Origin: Nemertoderma westbladi
Taxonomy: Eukaryota > Animalia > Xenacoelomorpha
Direction of reading: 5' to 3'
Assembly: GCA_032718475.1 (NCBI GenBank)
Contig: JAUCBJ010000550.1
Span: forward strand, 1 to 64,000
DNA: 64,000 nt
Below, one piece after another: positions 37,139 to 49,799 of this stretch (positions within the stretch are counted from its first letter, which is position 1; each line of letters opens with the position of its first letter). The notes beneath the pieces are model-generated. The model had not been told where the DNA came from and made no database searches. It worked only from the letters and a program-made list of their open reading frames with translations. The position numbers and the translations under genes are program-made.

Positions 37139-38836
37139 ATGGATAATGCTTGCTATTACTTACATGAGAATCAAAATATTGAAAGTATTGAAAATCCTAA
37201 TGGTAATGATTGTATAGTTACCGAACCACCAAACCTGGTATCGGACACCCCAAACACAACAGAAACACATGAGACAACCAATAATGACAAGGAGGGAAGA
37301 GACGTGATATATTTTAACCCATTAATCTGGATATACGCACTGTTGATGTTAACAATTGGAATATCTCTGACTGTGTCATCGGAAATACAAACGGAATTTC
37401 AATACCGCGTTGAAATTTACTCAATATGTGTTTATGGTGTTGGAATTGTAGCAGTACTTCTCCTCCTCAAAGTCTTATTTGACGAGAAGTCTGCACCGAT
37501 AGACTACCATAATGGGAGTATGTTTGTAAAGGGTGGAATATTTATTTTCTTTTTTGCCAGTTTTACTCAGGAATGTATTGACAGCGCAGTCTTCATGAAA
37601 ATGCTACAGAAATGTGGAAAAGATGCCGCTTTTCCCTTTTATATAGCCGTTCGAGAGTTATTTATGGCTGTTCAGGTGATTTTCATAATCCTACATTCTC
37701 AAAAATGTCTCCAAAATAATAAAATGATTTCAAAACTTTGCTTGGCACATTGCATCATGACAAATCTGTTTCTATGGTTTCAAACTGGAATTGAGCAAAC
37801 ACAAACACCCATAGATCTGAAGTGTAATTCAAACTCTAGCGCACCTGTAGAGGGTCTGCTGCATATTCTACAAGAGTTCACTAAACCTATAATTTCTCCT
37901 TGTCGTATTCAATATTGTCTCATGGCATCATCAATGTTGTTTTTCATGTTTAGGAATATTGGGATAAATCAGATGAGCTTCCATGGACACACACATTTAA
38001 GGAATTCCCTATCATCAAGCTCTATCTATTCAAATGGAACTACCGTGACACCTAATGAACAATTGAACGGAGGCGCATTGTGGATAATCGCTGGAGTTCT
38101 TTCAGGGACTTTATGCACACTAACTACAATAAGTGTAATTATTATATCACAAGTATTGCAGGAAGGAGAAACCCCAGAGCTATTAGCAGCGTTAATTACT
38201 CACGGCTCATTTCTAATTATCACCATGTTGATTATGAGTGTAAGCGCTGCAATAATTGGTTGGTCAATGCGATTTCGGCATAGTCTTCAGAATGAAACAG
38301 GAAAAATACATGTGAATGCAGTCATACTCCAAGTATCCTTAGCTGGGATATATGTAGTTTATGGGTATGGCTTTTTTGTGGTTCTATACGACACGAAATT
38401 ATACGAAATTCGTATAATTATGTTGATAAATTATATATTTTCCGTATTTCAAGCGACCGTTCAAACAATTGTTGTTTTGGACGCATTGCGTCGAAGTAGG
38501 AATGTTTCGAAAGAGGGTAAATGGAGCAAAGGATTGGTGATATTCTTATTGCTCGCGAATATTTCCGTTTGGATTGACAGACTATTCGAACTGGAGTTTA
38601 AATTCGATACAAGTAGGGTTGAAGGGTTCCATAATGGGAGGCTTTGGTTGGTTATTCTTCACACGATGGGGCCTCTGGTTATACACTACCGGTTCCATTC
38701 CGCCGAATGTTTGTGGGACATTATCAACCACGCCTATTCATCGAACTCGGAAGAAAAGAGAGAAAGAGCGGTCACCTGGTTGACAAACCTCAACAGAAAA
38801 TCGTCAAATCTTATCGGCACAGTCGTCAACCAGTAA
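37139..38836 (+). CDS. OTOP: Otopetrin-family proton channel, paralog B (intronless, antisense in ITPR intron)
   Basis: 565 aa, colinear with paralog A; TNLFLWFQTG, PCRIQYCLM, KWSKGLVIFLLLANISVW, PLVIHYRFHSAEC. Confidence 0.9.
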   Translation: MDNACYYLHENQNIESIENPNGNDCIVTEPPNLVSDTPNTTETHETTNNDKEGRDVIYFNPLIWIYALLMLTIGISLTVSSEIQTEFQYRVEIYSICVYGVGIVAVLLLLKVLFDEKSAPIDYHNGSMFVKGGIFIFFFASFTQECIDSAVFMKMLQKCGKDAAFPFYIAVRELFMAVQVIFIILHSQKCLQNNKMISKLCLAHCIMTNLFLWFQTGIEQTQTPIDLKCNSNSSAPVEGLLHILQEFTKPIISPCRIQYCLMASSMLFFMFRNIGINQMSFHGHTHLRNSLSSSSIYSNGTTVTPNEQLNGGALWIIAGVLSGTLCTLTTISVIIISQVLQEGETPELLAALITHGSFLIITMLIMSVSAAIIGWSMRFRHSLQNETGKIHVNAVILQVSLAGIYVVYGYGFFVVLYDTKLYEIRIIMLINYIFSVFQATVQTIVVLDALRRSRNVSKEGKWSKGLVIFLLLANISVWIDRLFELEFKFDTSRVEGFHNGRLWLVILHTMGPLVIHYRFHSAECLWDIINHAYSSNSEEKRERAVTWLTNLNRKSSNLIGTVVNQ

Positions 38837-39346
38837 ACATCGGTGAAGGATTTAGTAATTTTATGAATCATTTCGAAGTATATAATTACTCTTGCCAGCA
38901 CATCTCAATTGTTTAAATAAAATATTGCACTGTTTTTTTTCCATGAAATTTACATAGTGTCATTGATGCCATAAAAGTGAACGTTGAAAATTTCCATTAT
39001 CATTGAACCTCTGCGCTCTGCTACCAGTTCCTATGTATCTCTAACTCTAAGTATGTCCACCACCTTAGTGATGTTTAGTACAGAATCAGTGCAAATTATT
39101 TTAGTAATCTTATGGATTTATCAGAATTGAATTTGGTACGTGTTATTCAAAATTACACGCTAATAGTGCCTACCACAAGTAAAATATCAGTAGGAATAAA
39201 TAAAACAGTGATAGAGCTACAGTTCTGCGCGCCAGCTCTTTAATTTATAACGAGATAACGAGAATACGGTAGTAGAAAATATTTGTGCACAAAAAGTGAG
39301 CATCAGAAACTGAATGCTGAAAAAGCTAGATCACCAATAGACCAAG

Positions 39347-39590
39347 CAGCAATTTGGTCTAGTGGTGATATTCCTGGGCTTCCAATCAAGAGACCCTGGT
39401 TCGATCCCTAGATGGGGCAGCACTGTTTGGGCACAGCGATTTAAATTGATGCAGACAGGCCCCCAGCCCTAGCTTTCATCCTTCACTGGTCATCGATAAA
39501 TAGGAAGCAAGGCAACTTGGGAAACAGAGTGGGAGGGTTTACTGGTGGTGAACAGGCATTCCTTGGCTTAAATGAGCCTAAAAGATTCTT
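39347..39590 (+). mobile_element. tRNA-derived SINE with Nin-like core domain
   Basis: A-box TGGTCTAGTGG and B-box GGTTCGATCCC; core GCTTTCATCCTTC..GGTC..GATAAAT. A homologous inverted fragment lies at 52589-52744. Confidence 0.75.
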
Positions 39591-39791
39591 CTATTCATAC
39601 TGAAAAGCAGTAGTAAAAGTAGAACTGGGTTATTACCATATCATGCAAGGCTATATTGATAGGATAACTCAGTTGAGTCGTCTTACATTTACTGGCTGGC
39701 TGCTAGTACTTCCTTGCAGTAGCCGCAATAGCATAATTATCAATGCGATGTTACCCACTCATGCGATAATCACGCAAGTAGATTTATTTAC

Positions 39792-39931
39792 CTGTAATAT
39801 TGCATAAGTTTAACATCCTGGGTTTCTTTACTTTGCGCTACGTCGCGTAAAGCTTTTATCTGGGTACCGTTGTCCCACATCAGAACAACACAATCTTCGT
39901 CGTGCTCACCTGTAAATGTATCCAGTATCAT
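39792..39931 (-). CDS. ITPR: ITPR exon (MILDTF...VVLMWD...LMQYYR)
   Basis: AG/GT boundaries, phase 0-2; YYR joins HQL of exon 26213-26425 across a 13.4-kb intron. Confidence 0.9.
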
Positions 39932-40005
39932 CTGCAAACAGAAAATAAAAAAATTAGAGCAAAATTTATAGATCTAAATTGTATTATGATGGAAAATATA
40001 TTTAT

Positions 40006-40400
40006 AACATTGGAGGTGTCTCATTGGTTCCCCCAAGCTTGACACTAGAACAAAGAAGCCTCCGCTTTGCAGGACATTGTTTTCGCCGTGAGGACCAGCC
40101 AGTGCATAATCTTGTACTTTGGCGGCCTCATGGAGTGAATAAGCGTGGTGGACAGCCCATGACTTTCGTGAGACGCATCTTAAAGGACACTGGCCTTGAA
40201 GATGCGGATGATCTAGCAAATGTCATGGGTGATAGGGAGTTGTGGCGGTGCAACTTTGTTGATAAGCCGGCATAGCATTGTTAATGCACGCTGCATTGGG
40301 CTTGGCAATTGTGGATTGCATGGTGGTGAAAAAATGTTTTTGTTAAGCCGGCATAGCATCTCAATGTGAGATTCAATGCAGCAGGTTGATTACAGTAGTA
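40006..40400 (+). mobile_element. RTE LINE 3' fragment
   Basis: Nearly identical (inverted) to 660-935. Confidence 0.8.
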
Positions 40401-40514
40401 GTGTGATGGTAATACTGGACGTAAAGACGCGGTAATGACGCTAGACCTAACAATTTTGGACCTAATAAACACGTAATTGTATCAAATTGATAACATTGTA
40501 ATCGGATCGCATAC

Positions 40515-40650
40515 CTCATCGTTCTGTACCTTCATCTCAATGAGAATATCCGAGTTGGCGGGGTTGAGAATCGCCTTGCATATGAGTTCCTGGGTAACTG
40601 GAATCGCTCGGTTGTTACTAACACAAAGATCACTAAGATATTCCAAGAAC
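40515..40650 (-). CDS. ITPR: ITPR exon ([30 protein letters not shown])
   Basis: Near-identical to the canonical ITPR RIH domain. An alternative in-frame donor is possible at 40530. Confidence 0.95.
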
Positions 40651-40951
40651 CTAAAACCGATTCAATCAAATCATTTAATTACTTAGAAGTGAACGACTAT
40701 TAAATAAACGCGATAAAGACGATACTAATATTAGTTCTAGTGGGAAAAATATAGGGTTTGATGAAAGAGAAACAGGCAATTTTTTTAATCAATAAGTTAT
40801 GTGAAGCAACACCTCAAACTTACACTAAATTTATAAATTCTGTAAATTTTTGGGCATATTAGTCTGCATAAAATATTCCCAGTTATGAAGGACATGCCAC
40901 AAAGAGTTTAACACTATTTTACAAAAAAATTAAAAATTTAATTCTACTCAC

Positions 40952-41084
40952 CTGTAATCTTTGCTATTTTTCCTGACTAAACTAACGAATGTGTCGATCT
41001 CTGCGCTGCTGATGTGTTTCTCTAACAACTTCCTGTTGTTTTGAAGCAACGCTGTAATTGTATCTTCGGCCAGAATGTCATAAC
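40952..41084 (-). CDS. ITPR: ITPR exon ([36 protein letters not shown])
   Basis: AG/GT boundaries, phase 1-2; very high conservation. Confidence 0.97.
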
Positions 41085-41689
41085 CTAAATATTCGAGATC
41101 GAAAATGTAGGAGAATTTGATCGGCATTTACAAAACATAAATGTGGTTTCCCGATACTAGGCCAGTTTATATATCAAATTTTCGGATTTGAAACGGTGGT
41201 TCTGAGCAATCAATAATTAATTAAAGGTGTATTTTCTAAAAATATTACAAATAAAAAAATTTGAATGAATGATATGACTTTTGGTCAACTGTAAAAATTA
41301 TTTGAAACTCGTAATGGTTTCCCACTGGAAAAACATATGTTTGTTGTTTTACAATTCATAAACAACAAGGTTTACCACTTTGAACACTACCAATCATCGA
41401 GAGAGGTAGGTTGTAAGGTACATTGTCGGGACGAGCGCAACGAGGAGGCGGAAATAATTCTTTGTGAGTAATTTACATATAACTGAAGTATAAACTCATT
41501 CCCAATTCAAATCCGAAATTTAATATAAATTGGCATTCTGTAAGTGGTCACCAAGAATACAATAGGCCTAACCATTACATACATAACAAGCTGATATAAT
41601 AATAATTATTACTATTATATTAATAAATATGTTAGATATATCTATTAATATATATTTATCATGATAATGAATTGATTAATCTTTTATCA

Positions 41690-41740
41690 AACTTTGTGCG
41701 TAACCCCTGGCTTAACGGTCGAAGAAAACTTTACTTTAAT
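41690..41740 (+). mobile_element. Isolated SINE/LINE 3' tail
   Basis: TTTGTGCGTAACCCCTGG...GAAGAAAA(C)TTTACTTT; also at 62140-62228 (+), 23865-23920 (-) and the 3' end of the SINE at 51741. Confidence 0.65.
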
Positions 41741-41821
41741 ACTTTATTCATAACAAAGTGAAATATATTACACTTTATTTTTGGTACCGGTCTGATAAAT
41801 TTTTGAGAAACTGACACTTAC

Positions 41822-41945
41822 CAATTTGATTTTGCATAAATCCAAAATATTTTCCAATGTATTCTTGATTCTTTCTATAATCTTGTTGAGATAATCGAAG
41901 AATGCGGTAACACAACTGGCACATATGTTTAATAGCTGAATGTCT
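41822..41945 (-). CDS. ITPR: ITPR exon ([22 protein letters not shown]; IP3-binding YRK)
   Basis: AG/GT boundaries, phase 0-1; conserved [10 protein letters not shown]3-contact motif. Confidence 0.97.
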
Positions 41946-42154
41946 CTAATAATAAAAACGAAGAACGATAATTAATTAAATAAATCTTCATTTCATTTAT
42001 TAATTAAGAAATGTTATATCACTTTTAGTCACAGAATAATATTAAATTAATTTATATTAAAGCTTACGGGATATGTTCTTACATTTGGGGAATTTTCTGA
42101 GCTGCAGGTTGCGGCGCCGTGATTCATGATTCTTAGAATGTAATAATAATTAGA

Positions 42155-43250
42155 ATACTACTACTGCTATTGGCGTGCTGCATTGCTGCTGCATTATATA
42201 TATATATTACATATATATGAAGAATGCTCTGCCGGATTGTCGACAAAATTGCGCAGCCACAACTCCCTATCACCCATGACATTTGCTTGGTCATCCGCAT
42301 CTTCAAGGTCAGTGTCCTTTAAGATGGGTCTCCATCACTGGAGCTTATGCCATTACGATCACAGATTTCTTGAGGGCTGTCAAGGTTCACTGTCATAATT
42401 TTGGTCTTCTTGGAATTTACAAAAAAACCAACACTAGAAGCAACCTGCCCCAATGAGTAGATAAGACGTTGGGCTAGTGATTCTGACAATACCCCTAACT
42501 AAGTCATCAGCAATCAGCATCACCCCATCTTTAAAGATGGTCTAAGGACATGCGTAGAACAAAATCAACCAGAATTATGAATAATAATGGTGCAAGTGTG
42601 TCACCCAGAAGGCTCCCCATAAGACTTCGAATAAAACTGCATCACCATCAGCAGTAGACACAAATGTTGTCGAACCATCGTGCAGTGATCTGATAGCTGC
42701 AATAATTTCATCAGGAATCCCATATGCTACCAGAATGCTGAACATACGTGGTCGGAAGACTGAGTCGAAGGCTTTATAGACGTCAACAAAGATAATAACC
42801 AGTTGTCAGTCTTTCTTTGTTGAGAACTGTTCGATTATTATTATAAGCGCCAGAATAGGCTCCATGGTCCCACGACCTTTACGGAACCCATTTTGGTTCA
42901 CACGTAACAGTCTCTCAACAGGATCCCTGATGCGATTTAATATAATTCTATTGGATAGCTTTGCAGCATTCGAGAGTAACGAGATTCTACGAAATGATCC
43001 ACGGGTTGTTAGGTTGCCCTTCTTTGGGGCTGGGACAAAATTATTTGTTTTCAGTTCTTTACGGACGCTCTTTGTTCTATACATGTCCACAATAATGGGG
43101 TGAATGCGCGTTTAAAGACCTCAGGGGGCACGCCATCTACTCCACTGGCACGATTGACGATTGCACTGGCACTTGAAATTCCTTGCTGCATTCTTGATTT
43201 CAGCAAAGGAGAAGTTACCAATAAATGGGGATATCGGTGAGCCTGAGCAC
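42155..43250 (-). pseudogene. Decayed RTE-clade LINE (reverse transcriptase remnant joined to 3' end)
   Basis: PKKGNL...RRISLLSNAAKLSNRIILNRIRDPVERLLRVNQNGFRKGRGT; further RT motifs are disrupted by stops and frameshifts. The 3' end matches 621-770. Confidence 0.85.
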
Positions 43251-43884
43251 ATAATAAGGATAGATTCGTTTCAGGTTCAAAATTCAGTAATTATTGTTTA
43301 TGTAACTGATATATTTACTGCAAAGATCTGATCTTTTGGTGCTGCTTGTTATCCGAACAGTAAGTCCTGACATACCCGGCGTACACATAAATTATATCTT
43401 TGTTACACTACGTAGCACATAATTGTGAATATAAGTTTGATATCCTGGGGGGCCACCTTTACTTCTATATCATAGGGGTTAAATAAACAGACAATGTGCT
43501 GGATCCCAAAACTGTATTATTCAAGACGAATGTGCCCCTAAGTATTTAAAAAAATAAATGTATAATATAAGAATTACTCTCATGTTTTATAGTTTCGATT
43601 AGATGAAATATATGAGCACTGTTATATAAGAACGCATTATATTATTAGATATAAATACAATCTAAAGTAAAGTCTTATTCAGAGTTCATAGAGTCGAAAA
43701 ACAAATGCAATTTAAGTTTAAAAATTAAACCCATGGATTGCCAGCCAATAAAATAATGGGATTTTTTAGTCGCAAAGCCACATCTACATATTATAATGGA
43801 AACGAAATTGCAAGATTTAATAAATTAGCACAAACAATCCCTTAATGTAAGGGATTGTTAATCCCTGTTCGAGTCCCTCTACGT

Positions 43885-44620
43885 ATTTGACAATCATTGT
43901 CATATGGGTGATAATCATTGACACATATGAGATAATCATTGTAACAGAAGTAACAACCATTGACACATATGTGATAATCATTGTCACAGAAGTAACAACC
44001 ATTGACACATATGTGATAATCATTGTCACAGAAGTAACAACCATTGACACATATGTGATAATCATTGTCACAGAAGTAACAACCATTGACACATATGTGA
44101 TAATCATTGTCACAGAAGTAACAACCATTGACACATATGTGATAATCATTGTCACAGAAGTAACAACCATTGACACATATGTGATAATCATTATCACATG
44201 TTTGACAATCATTGTCACATGGGTGATAATAATTGTCACAGAAGTAACAATCATTGTCATATGGGTGGTAACCATTAACACATATGTGATAATCATTGTC
44301 ACATTTTTGACAATCATTGTCACATGGGTGATAATAATTGTCACATGTTTGACAATCATTGTCACAAGGGTGATAATAATTGTCACAGAAGTAACAATCA
44401 TTGTCATATGGGTGATAACCATTGACACATATGTGATAATCATTGTCACATTTTTGACAATCATTGTCACAAGGGTGATATATACAGTTGTCATTTCATT
44501 GGGGTAACTCATTGTCATATGCTGATAACCATTGACACATCTGATCAATCATTGTCACATAATATTTCACAAACTATTACTCAACATGTACGGTGATAAT
44601 AATTGTCACAGAAGTAACTG
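43885..44620. repeat. 21-bp minisatellite with 42-bp higher-order unit (AATCATTGTCACA core)
   Basis: Read directly; the ORFs on both strands are by-products of the repeat. Confidence 0.93.
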
Positions 44621-45009
44621 ACTCAATCACTTGATCAATCATCTGATCCAATAACTTAGTCCAAATAATCTGACTCCAAAGTACATCTATCAATTATCTA
44701 TCCAGAATAACCTAGTGCAAATACTTGATCCAAACTATCACATCAATCTGTCTACTGGGAAATAACTCTTCACAACATATCTGATCAATCATTGTCACAT
44801 TATTATCAATCTGTCACATGCATAACTACATCTGTCACAGAACTAATCTGATCCAAACTACTGTACGGGTGATAATAATTGTCACAGAAGTAACTCCAAT
44901 CATTGTCTACTGGGCGATAACTACTCTACTCCAAACTACTCTGACTCCAAATACTCTGTCACAGAACTACTCTACTCCATTGCTCTACTGCGAGATCACT
45001 CTTGCAATC

Positions 45010-48000
45010 TCTCTACTCCAATCTACTCTACTCCAATCTACTCTACTCCAATCTACTCTACTCCAATTACTCTACTCGAATTACTCTACTCCACTACTCT
45101 ACTCCAATCTACTCTACTCCAAACTACTCTACTCCAATCTACTCTACTCCAATCTACTCTACTCCAATCTACTCTACTCCAATCTACTCTACTCCAATCT
45201 ACTCTACTCCAATCTACTCTACTCCAATCTACTCTACTCCAATCTACTCTACTCCAATCTACTCTACTCCAATCTACTCTACTCCAATCTACTCTACTCC
45301 AAACTACTCTACTCCAAACTACTCTACTCCAAACTACTCTACTCCAAACTACTCTACTCCAAACTACTCTACTCCAAACTACTCTACTCCAAACTACTCT
45401 ACTCCAAACTACTCTACTCCAATCTACTCTACTCCAATCTACTCTACTCCAATCTACTCTACTCCAAACTACTCTACTCCAATCTACTCTACTCCAATCT
45501 ACTCTACTCCAAACTACTCTACTCCAAACTACTCTACTCCAAACTACTCTACTCCAATCTACTCTACTCCAATCTACTCTACTCCAATATACTCTACTCC
45601 AATATACTCTACTCCAAACTACTCTACTCCAATCTACTCTACTCCAATCTACTCTACTCCAATCTACTCTACTCCAATATACTCTACTCCAATATACTCT
45701 ACTCCAAACTACTCTACTCCAATCTACTCTACTCCAATCTACTCTACTCCAATCTACTCTACTCCAATATACTCTACTCCAATATACTCTACTCCAATAT
45801 ACTCTACTCCAAACTACTCTACTCCAATCTACTCTACTCCAATCTACTCTACTCCAATCTACTCTACTCCAATATACTCTACTCCAATATACTCTACTCC
45901 AAACTACTCTACTCCAATCTACTCTACTCCAATCTACTCTACTCCAATCTACTCTACTCCAATATACTCTACTCCAATATACTCTACTCCAAACTACTCT
46001 ACTCCAATCTACTCTACTGCAATCTACTCTACTCCAATCTACTCTACTCCAATATACTCTACTCCAATATACTCTACTCCAAACTACTCTACTCCAATCT
46101 ACTCTACTCCAATCTACTCTACTCCAATATACTCTACTCCAATATACTCTACTCCAAACTACTCTACTCCAATCTACTCTACTCCAATCTACTCTACTCC
46201 AATATACTCTACTCCAATATACTCTACTCCAAACTACTCTACTCCAATCTACTCTACTCCAATCTACTCTACTCCAATCTACTCTACTCCAATATACTCT
46301 ACTCCAATATACTCTACTCCAAACTACTCTACTCCAATCTACTCTACTCCAATCTACTCTACTCCAATATACTCTACTCCAATATACTCTACTCCAAACT
46401 ACTCTACTCCAATCTACTCTACTCCAATCTACTCTACTCCAATCTACTCTACTCCAATCTACTCTACTCCAATCTACTCTACTCCAAACTACTCTACTCC
46501 AATCTACTCTACTCCAATCTACTCTACTCCAATCTACTCTACTCCAATATACTCTACTCCAATATACTCTACTCCAAACTACTCTACTCCAATCTACTCT
46601 ACTCCAATCTACTCTACTCCAATCTACTCTACTCCAATATACTCTACTCCAATATACTCTACTCCAAACTACTCTACTCCAAACTACTCTACTCCAAACT
46701 ACTCTACTCCAAACTACTCTACTCCAAACTACTCTACTCCAATCTACTCTACTCCAATCTACTCTACTCCAATCTACTCTACTCCAATCTACTCTACTCC
46801 AATCTACTCTACTCCAATCTACTCTACTCCAATCTACTCTACTCCAAACTACTCTACTCCAATCTACTCTACTCCAATCTACTCTACTCCAATCTACTCT
46901 ACTCCAATCTACTCTACTCCAATCTACTCTACTCCAAACTACTCTACTCCAAACTACTCTACTCCAAACTACTCTACTCCAATCTACTCTACTCCAATCT
47001 ACTCTACTCCAATCTACTCTACTCCAAACTACTCTACTCCAATCTACTCTACTCCAAACTACTCTACTCCAATCTACTCTACTCCAAACTACTCTACTCC
47101 AATCTACTCTACTCCAATCTACTCTACTCCAATATACTCTACTCCAATATACTCTACTCCAAACTACTCTACTCCAAACTACTCTACTCCAAACTACTCT
47201 ACTCCAAACTACTCTACTCCAATCTACTCTACTCCAAACTACTCTACTCCAAACTACTCTACTCCAAACTACTCTACTCCAAACTACTCTACTCCAAACT
47301 ACTCTACTCCAAACTACTCTACTCCAAACTACTCTACTCCAAACTACTCTACTCCAAACTACTCTACTCCAAACTACTCTACTCCAATCTACTCTACTCC
47401 AATCTACTCTACTCCAATCTACTCTACTCCAAACTACTCTACTCCAATCTACTCTACTCCAATCTACTCTACTCCAATATACTCTACTCCAATATACTCT
47501 ACTCCAAACTACTCTACTCCAAACTACTCTACTCCAAACTACTCTACTCCAAACTACTCTACTCCAATCTACTCTACTCCAAACTACTCTACTCCAAACT
47601 ACTCTACTCCAATCTACTCTACTCCAATCTACTCTACTCCAATCTACTCTACTCCAATATACTCTACTCCAAACTACTCTACTCCAAACTACTCTACTCC
47701 AAACTACTCTACTCCAATCTACTCTACTCCAATCTACTCTACTCCAATCTACTCTACTCCAAACTACTCTACTCCAAACTACTCTACTCCAATCTACTCT
47801 ACTCCAATCTACTCTACTCCAATCTACTCTACTCCAAACTACTCTACTCCAAACTACTCTACTCCAATCTACTCTACTCCAATCTACTCTACTCCAATCT
47901 ACTCTACTCCAAACTACTCTACTCCAAACTACTCTACTCCAATCTACTCTACTCCAATCTACTCTACTCCAATATACTCTACTCCAATATACTCTACTCC

Positions 48001-49450
48001 AAACTACTCTACTCCAAACTACTCTACTCCAAACTACTCTACTCCAATCTACTCTACTCCAATCTACTCTACTCCAAACTACTCTACTCCAAACTACTCT
48101 ACTCCAATCTACTCTACTCCAAACTACTCTACTCCAAACTACTCTACTCCAAACTACTCTACTCCAATATACTCTACTCCAATCTACTCTACTCCAATAT
48201 ACTCTACTCCAAACTACTCTACTCCAAACTACTCTACTCCAAACTACTCTACTCCAAACTACTCTACTCCAAACTACTCTACTCCAAACTACTCTACTCC
48301 AAACTACTCTACTCCAAACTACTCTACTCCAATCTACTCTACTCCAATCTACTCTACTCCAATCTACTCTACTCCAAACTACTCTACTCCAAACTACTCT
48401 ACTCCAAACTACTCTACTCCAAACTACTCTACTCCAAACTACTCTACTCCAAACTACTCTACTCCAAACTACTCTACTCCAATCTACTCTACTCCAAACT
48501 ACTCTACTCCAAACTACTCTACTCCAATCTACTCTACTCCAATCTACTCTACTCCAATCTACTCTACTCCAAACTACTCTACTCCAATCTACTCTACTCC
48601 AATCTACTCTACTCCAATCTACTCTACTCCAAACTACTCTACTCCAAACTACTCTACTCCAAACTACTCTACTCCAAACTACTCTACTCCAAACTACTCT
48701 ACTCCTAACTACTCTACTCCAAACTACTCTACTCCAAACTACTCTACTCCAAACTACTCTACTCCAAACTACTCTACTCCAAACTACTCTACTCCAATCT
48801 ACTCTACTCCAAACTACTCTACTCCAAACTACTCTACTCCAATCTACTCTACTCCAATCTACTCTACTCCAAACTACTCTACTCCAAACTACTCTACTCC
48901 AATCTACTCTACTCCAATCTACTCTACTCCAATCTACTCTACTCCAAACTACTCTACTCCAATCTACTCTACTCCAAACTACTCTACTCCAAACTACTCT
49001 ACTCCAAACTACTCTACTCCAATCTACTCTACTCCAATCTACTCTACTCCAAACTACTCTACTCCAAACTACTCTACTCCAATCTACTCTACTCCAATCT
49101 ACTCTACTCCAAACTACTCTACTCCAAACTACTCTACTCCAATCTACTCTACTCCAATCTACTCTACTCCAATCTACTCTACTCCAAACTACTCTACTCC
49201 AAACTACTCTACTCCAAACTACTCTACTCCAAACTACTCTACTCCAAACTACTCTACTCCAAACTACTCTACTCCAAACTACTCTACTCCAAACTACTCT
49301 ACTCCAATCTACTCTACTCCAATCTACTCTACTCCAATATACTCTACTCCAAACTACTCTACTCCAAACTACTCTACTCCAAACTACTCTACTCCAAACT
49401 ACTCTACTCCAAACTACTCTACTCCAAACTACTCTACTCCAATCTACTAT
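45010..49450. repeat. 4.4-kb 15-bp satellite (ACTCTACTCC + AATCT/AAACT/AATAT), ~295 copies
   Basis: Read directly; the + strand is essentially G-free. Confidence 0.99.
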
Positions 49451-49799
49451 TCTCCAATCTTAATTGTTTCTATTTTGAACAACTTTTATTATAGGATAGG
49501 ATCTAGAGATCTACTGATTTTAGATATTATTCATGTTTAAGCACTTCCGATTCCCACCATGGTGACAACGCTTGCCATCAGGGTGACAATGATTGTAGAA
49601 AAAGGTGGTAATATTGGCGGCAATCAGACAAATCAGTTGAATATATTAGTTTATTTAAATCCGCATTAAATAGGGAAACTTCTTAAATAATTCCATTTTC
49701 ACTTCTATTTTTCAGAAGTGAAATTATAAAAACGTCATATTATAGCAAGAGCATAATAAATATATAAGAAAGAAATGCTAATATCTACGTATCAAAGTA

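Noticed and set aside
39347-39420. Functional tRNA gene (also ~15550-15600 and ~51935-52005)
   Set aside because: A/B boxes are present but there is no clean cloverleaf, and each runs into a SINE-like body.
43817-44548. 243-aa and 206-aa hydrophobic repeat ORFs on both strands
   Set aside because: Translations of the 21/42-bp minisatellite.
44818-49540. 1296-aa (LLYSN/K)n and 1512-aa (YSTPI/N)n ORFs
   Set aside because: By-product of a 15-bp satellite whose unit has no stop codon in those frames. Two frames are open and there is no unique domain.
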